Shown: positions 13,101-22,100 of the stretch, piece by piece
Numbering within the stretch: the stretch's first letter is position 1
How the letters are laid out: every line of letters begins with the position of its first letter
Assembly: GCA_965153285.1 (NCBI GenBank)
Contig: OZ229116.1
Origin: Podarcis tiliguerta
Taxonomy: Eukaryota
Strand: one strand, 5' to 3'
Length of the DNA: 64,000 nt
Made by a program: the position numbers and the translations under genes
The notes under the pieces: model-generated
Seen by the model: only the letters and a program-made list of their open reading frames with translations
Database searches by the model: none
What the model was told of the DNA's origin: nothing

Positions 13101-16100
13101 AAACTCAGCCACCCTTGCAGTTACTTCCGGGTTAATGTCAGACAGAAAGAATCTGATATTTTCATTGTGTCGTGATGTTAGATTACCCAAAAAAGGGAAT
13201 AACAAGCCTTATTAGCTCGTTGTGTACTGGACAGTTTACTGAAAAGGATATGTGCTACAGTGTCCGGCACATTCAAATATCATTTGCAATGTCTATCATT
13301 TTTGGGGATGTTTAAATATCTGCCCTTGACAAAAGCTGAGGGGAAAACGTTCAATCGGGTTAACATAAAGTCCCTGCGTTGGGCTGGAATTATTTATTTT
13401 GAGATATAAGTGACCCTGTTACCTGTTGTATTTAAACCATAGAACTTGGGGGAGCAAATTTTATTTACAGCTGACTTGATGTTTTGTTTTTCCACCAAAC
13501 TAATCCGTGTGCCTTATTAAGCTTTTGATTAGGAAGTTTTAAGACAGCATATTGAAGCTAGTTGAGGGGAATTCAGTTGAAGTAGTAGACAGTGGTGGGG
13601 AATCTTTACTGACAGGCAGGCAGGATCCTAACCTCCCCCACCTCGCACATGGGTCTGCTGGAAATTTGTGGTGTTGGTACTGTAAAGTAACTTAAAATGG
13701 TGTGAGGTTGGCGGCTGCTAGTAATCAGAAGTGGAAGGAAACTTGAAAACACACAACACCCACCCACCCCCACACCCCTGACCACTACCTCTCTCTTACC
13801 CATGCTATCTTCTCTTCTTGTAGTGTGATTGAGCAGCTTGGTGGAAAACAGCTTGTAATGAACCACATGCACCACGAAGACCAACAGGTTCGCTATAATG
13901 CCTTGCTTGCTGTGCAGAAGTTGATGGTCCACAACTGGTATGTGACAACTCACTTTCACTTCGGGGTTTTTATATTATTTTATTTAGTAGATTTATATAC
14001 CATCCTTCATCATAAGATCTCAGGGCAGGAGTTCTTTTGGGGAATGTGTGAAACTCAAGTCCTAAATTATGACATGCCTCTTGTGGGTTACAATAAAACT
14101 TTGGTACCCTCTACCACTGAAATGATAACAATTTTAGAATTAACTCAGCAACCGGCAGTAGTGTCATTGTTAAGTGAAATTTAGGGGCTCTTCTGCTGTC
14201 TTTTTTCACTATTCCCCCCCCCCATTTTGTTATTTAATGAAAATTGAAGTAGACTGTATAAAACAGAATATATTATTATTCCTTTTTGTTTCCTGACATT
14301 TAGAATGCCTGATATTTTCAGCCTTTAATTGTGTTTCCATTAGAATTTCTTGCAGCAGGATCCATTTATATGTCTAGCAGACCTTTGGTGAACAGAAATG
14401 CAAGATGCATTTGTATTTTTCTAATAGCTGAACTGAAAGAAATAGATTCTTGTTGCAAAGTTGTTAAAAAGCTTCTGAACTGATTTGTTTTGTTTAACAA
14501 AATGTATGTGCAACTTGCTTGTTAAAAAAATAAATAAAACTTTTTTTAATGGTTTATAAAACATGAAATATATTGATAAAACATGGTTAGATACAGGTAT
14601 CAGTAAGCATTCGAAGGCGATTGAAATGAACAGTAACTAAAAAGAGATAAATCACATGTTTGCAGAAGCGGCTTAGTCATGCTGGCCACATGACCTGGAA
14701 ACTGTACTCCGGCTCCCTCTGCCAATAAAGCGAGATGAGCCCCGCAACCCCAGAGTCGGCCACGACTGGACCTAATGGTCAGGGGTCCCTTTACCTTTTA
14801 CATGTACCTTCTAAATGTCTGGGTAGGGCTGCCTGAGCAAAAATGTTTTAAGCAGGTGCCGAAGAGAGTATAGCCTGCTGGACATCAAAAGACAGAGAGT
14901 TGTAGGTGCTGCCAAATGAAACAATTTATTTCTAAGGATAGTTTTATAAACTTTTCTGCACATATGCAGGTCATTAGGAAACAGATTCTTTAGCCTTGTT
15001 TCTTAATGGCTGGCTGGGGGGACTTTTTCAGCTGTAGCAACTTAGTTGAAACTTTTTGCAAGTAATACAGACACATCAGTAGCACATCCCCTCCATGAAC
15101 TACCTCATTACATTTTGTAAAATTTATATACTAGAGAAAAGGCAGAGACAGCCTGCCTGCCTAGTATATATCGGATCATTACAGGCTATTACCATCATCC
15201 TATTCCTTGGGAATGGAATAAAGAATTTCCTAATGTCATTCTTCAAGATGCATAATCCACTCCTCCTGTTACCTAACCACTGAAATCAACTACTTCTGGC
15301 CTGTGTATACTCTAGAAACTTATACAAAAGAGAAGTTTAGCATGGTCAATCTAACTTTGTAGTGTTGCATCCCTCCTTTTCATTAGTTTCCGTTACCTGT
15401 CATGGCCTTTCAGAAGGCCTGCAAGGCTTTTACCTCTGTACTCTTTCTACTTACCTTTTAAGGCACTGTGAGGTTCAGCAGGATTTTGCACGCAGGTGGC
15501 GCTGTGGGTTAAACCACAGAGCCTAGGACTTGCTGATCAGAAGGTCGGCGGTTCGAATCCCCACGACCGGCTGAGTTCCCGTTGCTCAGTCCCAGCTCCT
15601 GCTAGCCTAGCAGTTCGAAAGCACGTCAAAGTGCAAGTAGATAAATAGGTACCGCTCCGGCGGGAAGGTAAACGGCGTTTGCGTGCGCTGCTCTGGTTTG
15701 CCAGAAGCTGCTTAGTCATGCTGGCCACACGACCCAGAAGCTGTACGCCGGCTCCCTCGGCCAGTAAAGCGAGATGAGTGCTGCAACCCCAGAGTCTGCC
15801 ATGACTGGACCTAATGGTCAGGGGTCCCTTTACCTTTACCTTTAGACATGTATAGGTCTGCACTGTTAATAATATACTTTTGTAGCAATTGATGATTCTA
15901 TAAAAAATACAACCCTCAGAGTGAGGAAAGTACAGCAAATGCATCCAAACTGTTAGGATAATTAGCCCGGTGCTGCCAGTAAATCTTCCCTGATTGATTT
16001 ACTGGCCCCTCAGTCCAGCACGCTTCCGTTGCGTGAACTCTGCTTCACTCCTACAGCAGTAAAACACCTTAGCAGAATAAGCGCAGCATACGTGTGATAA

Positions 16101-19100
16101 AGGCTTAAATCAAGCGAAGGCAGATTCTTTCCTTAAAGTCTTTTATTGCTCCGATAACATTGGCAAAAATCCATCAGAGTTCAGCTGCATCTTCCCAGCT
16201 CCTCTCATCGAGCTGGCAGCTTACACACTGATACTTTCGCTTTCACAGCACACAAAGAACATTCCAGTCTGCTCACGTCATTTCCTGGCAGACGTCCCAG
16301 GAAATCCCTCCCCTTTAGAGCCGAGGCATAGCAGTTTACCTCATTACTGCTCCCAACACCCCCTCTTGCCTCGGATCGGAGGGTAGAATCGACCCTTGGT
16401 CGTCCCAAACCTAAACCTACGCAAAACTCTCCATGTCTCTGGAAGGAGAGTGGCTTCGTTAAGCCATCAGCTAGGTTCTTCGCAGAGGGACAATATTTCA
16501 GTGCTACTAATCCCTCTTGAACGCTTTGACACACATTCCGAAAGCGAATATCTAAATGTTTCGTCCTCGCTTTGAACTGTCCAGACTCTGCCAAACGTAG
16601 GCATGGTTGATTGTCTTCAAACACACGTATTGGTTGACAATCTACCCCACAGATTTCCTGCACTAAGCAAGCATAGAACTCCAGCTCTGTGCATATCTCT
16701 GAAAGAGCACTGAACTCAGCCTCAGTGGATGAGAGCGCTATAAGACTCTGCTTCTTGGATCTCCATCCAACTACTGAGTTTCCAAACTTAACCACTAGAC
16801 CAGACACAGATTTGCGGTCCTTCAAATTAGCCCAATCAGCATCCACATGGCCGACCAGCTTGGCTTCTCCCTGTGCTGGCAACCTAAGACAAAGGTCTTT
16901 TGTTTCCTGCAGATATCTCAGAACTCTCTTGATGCCATTCCAGGCATGCACACTAGGGTTTGATGCTTCCCTGCTGAGCAGATTGACAGCAAAAGCAATA
17001 TCAGGCCTGCTCCACTGGGACAAGTACAACAAACTCCCTAGGGCTGACTGAAACACTTCAGTATTTTCAAACACAGCACTGTCTCCTTGCTGGCTGTCTT
17101 TCACAAAATTAGTCTCCATTGGACTCCTGACTCCTGCACAATCACTCATTCTCATTTTCTGCAGCAATTGCTCAATTTTACCTCTCTGACTGAGCAAGAA
17201 ACTTCCATCTTGTGTGCGTTCAACATTGACACCAAGATAAGTTTTGACAGCACCGAGCTGTTTCAACTTGAAACGTTTCCCTAGGTCTTTGGCAAACTTT
17301 TCAGCCTGTTCATCCGTCTCCGCCAAAAACAAAAGGTCGTCAACGAAAACTAACACCTGTTCCTGTTTCTCACCAGACCCTTTCAGGTAAAGACAACTAT
17401 CAGCAACACTTTTTCTGAAACCTAACTCTTCCAAGGCTTCATTCAGGCACATGTTCCAGTTTCTGGCAGATTGACGCAAACCGTAGATAGATTTGTGCAA
17501 CCTCCACACAACATCCTGCCTCTTGGTCTCAAACCCTGGAGGAGGCTTCATGTACAGCTCCTCCTGGAGATCTGAGTTTAGGTAGGCAACATCCACATCA
17601 AAGTGGTTTACCTTCCAGCCTCTCTGTGCCGCACAAGCTAAAAGCGTTCTCAGAGTCTCTGCACGTGATGTCGGCGAATACACTTCCGTGAAGTGTATTC
17701 CCTTCTTCTGAGAAAATCCACGTGCAACTAATCTCGCTCTATACTGCGGCTGTCCAGTCTCTGTGGGTTTCAAACGGTAAACCCACCTGCAACCTACTGC
17801 CTGTTTGCCTGGTGGCAGTTCAGTGAGTGAAAACACACCTAGATCCTTCATGGACTTCAACTCTTTGTCCATTGCCTTGTGCCACTCAGCTGCTTCTTCT
17901 TCAGGCAAACTCTGAATATCCTCAAAGGACTCAGGTTCACATCTAGCTGAACCTACCCAGACACCTGAAGCCTCATACCGATCAGGAGGTCTCCTTGTCC
18001 TCGCTGATCTCCTCAGTGTGACTCTTGGTGACACTGCTTCTTCTTCTTCAACCTCAGCATCTTCCCCCTCTGACCTGCTGCGCCTTTTGGGCCTCACAGC
18101 TGGCTCAACGGGTGAAGAAGGCTCACTCTTTGGTTCAATCTTGACTCTTGTCAGAGGAGGTGTTCTAGGTTCCCCCCTCTGAGGGAGTCTAAGTTGTCCC
18201 TGTCTTGGACTTTGTTGCTCTGGACCTTGGTCCCTTGCAACCACTTCATCATCCTCCTCTTCAGCGTCTGAGTCATAGGACTGTTGTATAACCACCTCTG
18301 GGTTTGCGTGCAGACGCTCCCAGCCTGCTTGCTCACAAAACTCTGCACTATTACTCACAACCAGTCTTGACTGATCACCACTGGGGTACGCAAACCTCCA
18401 GGCCTTTGAGCCAGGTTCATACCCTACAAAGATCATTTTCTTTGCTCTTGGCTCGCCTTTTCTGCGTAGAGCCTTTGGAATAAGCACCCAGGCTTCACAA
18501 CCAAACACACGGAAGTAATTAACCTTGGGCTTTTTTCCACGCAGTAAGAAATACGGTGTATTTCCCACACTAGAGTTGTACACTCTGTTCTGTGTATGTA
18601 CCACATACTTCCAAGCTTCAGACCAGAACTTTTGGGGTAGCCCAGAATCCCACAGGATCGCAGAAACTGCCTCTTGCACTGTCCTGTTTTTCCTCTCTGC
18701 CACACCATTCTGTTGCGGAGAGTAAGGAGCAGTGAGTCTGTGGCTAATCCCCTGTTCCCTGAAAAAGTCTTGCAGAGCGCATCCAGTGAATTCCGAACCT
18801 CGGTCACTCTGAAAAGCCTTAACTTTGGCGGAATATGTCACTTCTACAGCTGTGATCCAATCCCTAATCATTTTTGCTGCCTCAGCTTTGGTTCTCAAAG
18901 CAAAGGTCCAAGAATTTCTCGAAAAATCATCAACCAGAATCAAAGAGTACCTTGACTTCCCCAAAGACTCCACCGCCATTGGCCCACACAAATCTGCATG
19001 AATCAACTCAAAAGGTTGTGTGGTACGTCTCTCTGATTTCGGATAGGAGCAAGTTACAATCTTAGATTGCTTACATGCATTGCAATCTAAAAACTTGTCA

Positions 19101-22100
19101 CAACTCTTAAAGTCACACCCTTCAGTTAAACTTGGGGCTTTTCTAAGAAATGCCCACCCCAAATGAGCAAAGCGTCTATGCCAAATATGAGCACAACCAT
19201 TGTGGGGCGCTACATTCACACATTGCCCCTTGGCGTCCTCTGCGTCTTCTTCTCCTGTGGACAAAGACAGGTTAACAGTAAACAAATTGTCTTTGGCATG
19301 CACTGTATAGACATGGTTGCCATCCTTGTAGAATTCGCACTTGTCACCTGCAAAAGAAACTTGAAAGCCCTCTGTTAGCAAATCATGTACACTTAACAGA
19401 CAATTGGTCAAACCAGGCACTGCAAAAGCCTTAACTTCATGCTTAAGAAAAGGACAGTAAAACAATCCAGTCGCAGTCAATTGCTTTCGACTCCCGTCCG
19501 CAACGACACAGAACTTGTCAGTCTCTACCCTCTTGCGATCCCGCAAGAGATTAGGCGACGGTACGAGAGTGTGGGTGGCTCCTGAGTCGATTATTATCTC
19601 TAGAGGATTGTTGTGTTCACACTTCTGCGTCGCCATAGCAACAACCCCCCTCTCACTGCCCACTTGGCTGGGGCCTGTGTTGGCTTTCTTCACTGTAGCC
19701 TTTGTTGCAACTCTCTCAGTTGCCATGGAGACTAGACTTCTCTCACGCAAGTCCTCACTCCTTATCTGTACTTTCGCCAGATGGTTGACCTTGAAGGCTT
19801 CCACTGTAGACGGCTTCCCACGGGAAGATTTCTCAACTCCTTCACGTAAACAGCTTATAGTAGTAGCCTTTGGAGGAAGAGGCTTCTCTGCGCTTTTGCT
19901 TTCCTCTGCCCCCCCACTCTCAGCACTCCTGGGGCTCCCAGGTCGATAACCTGCACCCCCTCTGGTGGGTCTGGTGGGTCTGGGGTTCTCCAAGCTTGGC
20001 CCCTCTCCAGGCCTCTCAGACAGACTCATCTCAGCATCAAAGCAGCTCTCTGCAGCAACCACAGCAGCTTTACTGCCCCCCTCTCTTGGGAGCTTCTCCC
20101 AGCTGCTCTCAGCTGGGCTCTCAGCGCCATCTTGGCTCTCTGCCCCTTCTGGCATCGCAGCGGCCACGTCTCGGCTTAGGCCTCCCACTCCTGCTTCACA
20201 AGCTTCTTGGAGTGCTCGCCACGCTGCACTAGGCCTTCTAGCCTCTTGTACCAGGGGTAACAGGTGTACGTCCACGTTTTCTGCTAGAAACGCTAGCACA
20301 CGCTGCTCTTCTTCTTTCTGCACCTCTGTGCTCTCTGCTGCCTTCTGGGGTTTCTGGACAACACCCCACAAACCTGCCCCCACTAGGGAAAGCTCCACAT
20401 GAAAGCTCCACGCCAGCCACGTGCTGGGGGTAAGCTTCTCACATGCTAAAGGCTCACAGCCAAAACTGTGTTTCAGAGCCATCTTCCGCCCTTCTCAGCC
20501 CCTTTCTACTCACTCAGTCTCTCAAAGGGGATATTAAAGTTTTCTGAAGCTGCCTGAGCCATGGCCCTTCCCTTCTGTCGGCTTATACTCACTCAGCCAA
20601 AACCGGGAGTCTGTGGGGCTGTTGGCTCCTTGCGTCTGAGTCTCTCCGCAGTGCCTTTGAAGATCTGACACGCGATCTCAGCCCTCCGCAGCTTCAAAGC
20701 CTTTTTCCACACGTGCTGAAGTCCATAACCTTGTTAGGATAATTAGCCCGGTGCTGCCAGTAAATCTTCCCTGATTGATTTACTGGCCCCTCAGTCCAGC
20801 ACGCTTCCGTTGCGTGAACTCTGCTTCACTCCTACAGCAGTAAAACACCTTAGCAGAATAAGCGCAGCATACGTGTGATAAAGGCTTAAATCAAGCGAAG
20901 GCAGATTCTTTCCTTAAAGTCTTTTATTGCTCCGATAACATTGGCAAAAATCCATCAGAGTTCAGCTGCATCTTCCCAGCTCCTCTCATCGAGCTGGCAG
21001 CTTACACACTGATACTTTCGCTTTCACAGCACACAAAGAACATTCCAGTCTGCTCACGTCATTTCCTGGCAGACGTCCCAGGAAATCCCTCCCCTTTAGA
21101 GCCGAGGCATAGCAGTTTACCTCATTACTGCTCCCAACACAAACCTCGTACAGTTATGTAATTTATCTGTGATACTCTTAATAAATGAACTGATAAAATG
21201 CAAAATTGACTATATATTTAACTGGTTTTGAAAAGTCATGTAATTTAGGTACTATTGCTTTTAAATAGGATTCTGAAGCAATATGACATTGATGATGAAG
21301 CTGTTTCTAAATTAACAAGCATGTGAATGTCTTCTATGCAGCTCATAATTAGCTCTGCAGCCATGTGAAGCCTCATAAAATATTTTTATGTTTGAAATGA
21401 ATATTCTGTATCTTCCCCTGTGAATTTCTCAATACATCCCTGTATTTCCCCTGCTGAAAAATACATCTTGTACTTCACTCTTTCTGGGGTTTCATTTTGG
21501 GATACTGCTCTACACCCCTTGTTTAATTAATGTTTGTTTTTCAGTCTCAGTATCCCAGAATTTCATACAGGGGAACTGAAATGGCATTTGTTTGCCAATG
21601 ACAGTAATTTATTTTCAGATTTCTATATTGAAGGAAATGGTACTTTAGACTGTGTCTCAAGCAAAGTTTAATTAAGGTTCAGTCAGTCACAATTTATTTC
21701 AGGTTCTTAAAATTATGTTGCTATGTGTAAAACTGCACAAATTTGTTTTCTGTTCAGCTTGGTAAATGTGTCTTGATTCATGTAGATTCATATTGGATTA
21801 CTGAAGCAAATAAAGCATCAAGTCAAATGTAAATTAGTGAGGAGATAGGTTTAATTTACAAGACATCTTTAATCTAACATTGCAATATAAGTGAGGACCT
21901 TAACAGCACTTTACAAATAAAAACCTAGACATGATTGAGCCAAAGTCAAAACCAGCCAAATTTTGTTGTATGCTGATATAAATGGAAGAGAGTGTTAAGA
22001 ATGTGTTTTTACACTTTAAATCAATGGGACATTCCTAACTTTCTCCCCCATTTATACCTTTGAAAGTTTTGCCCCTCTCTTAATTGGACTGGGGAAATGT

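Larger units (their letters stand above)
15951..21139 (-). mobile_element. Full-length intact Ty1/copia LTR retrotransposon (5189 bp), antisense within the last ATP6V1H intron
   Basis: TG...CA LTRs of 408 bp, 5-bp TSD CAAAC (15946-15950 / 21140-21144), PBS, PPT, single ORF with copia domain order PR-IN-RT-RH. Confidence 0.98.

Noticed and set aside
13938-14184. ORF continuation past the penultimate ATP6V1H exon as an alternative C-terminus
   Set aside because: Canonical donor at 13938 and a conserved terminal exon at 22984; the read-through peptide has no supporting features
19515-20402. + strand ORFs of 120-145 aa opposite the copia gag region
   Set aside because: Antisense shadows of a GC-rich coding frame; low complexity, no motifs
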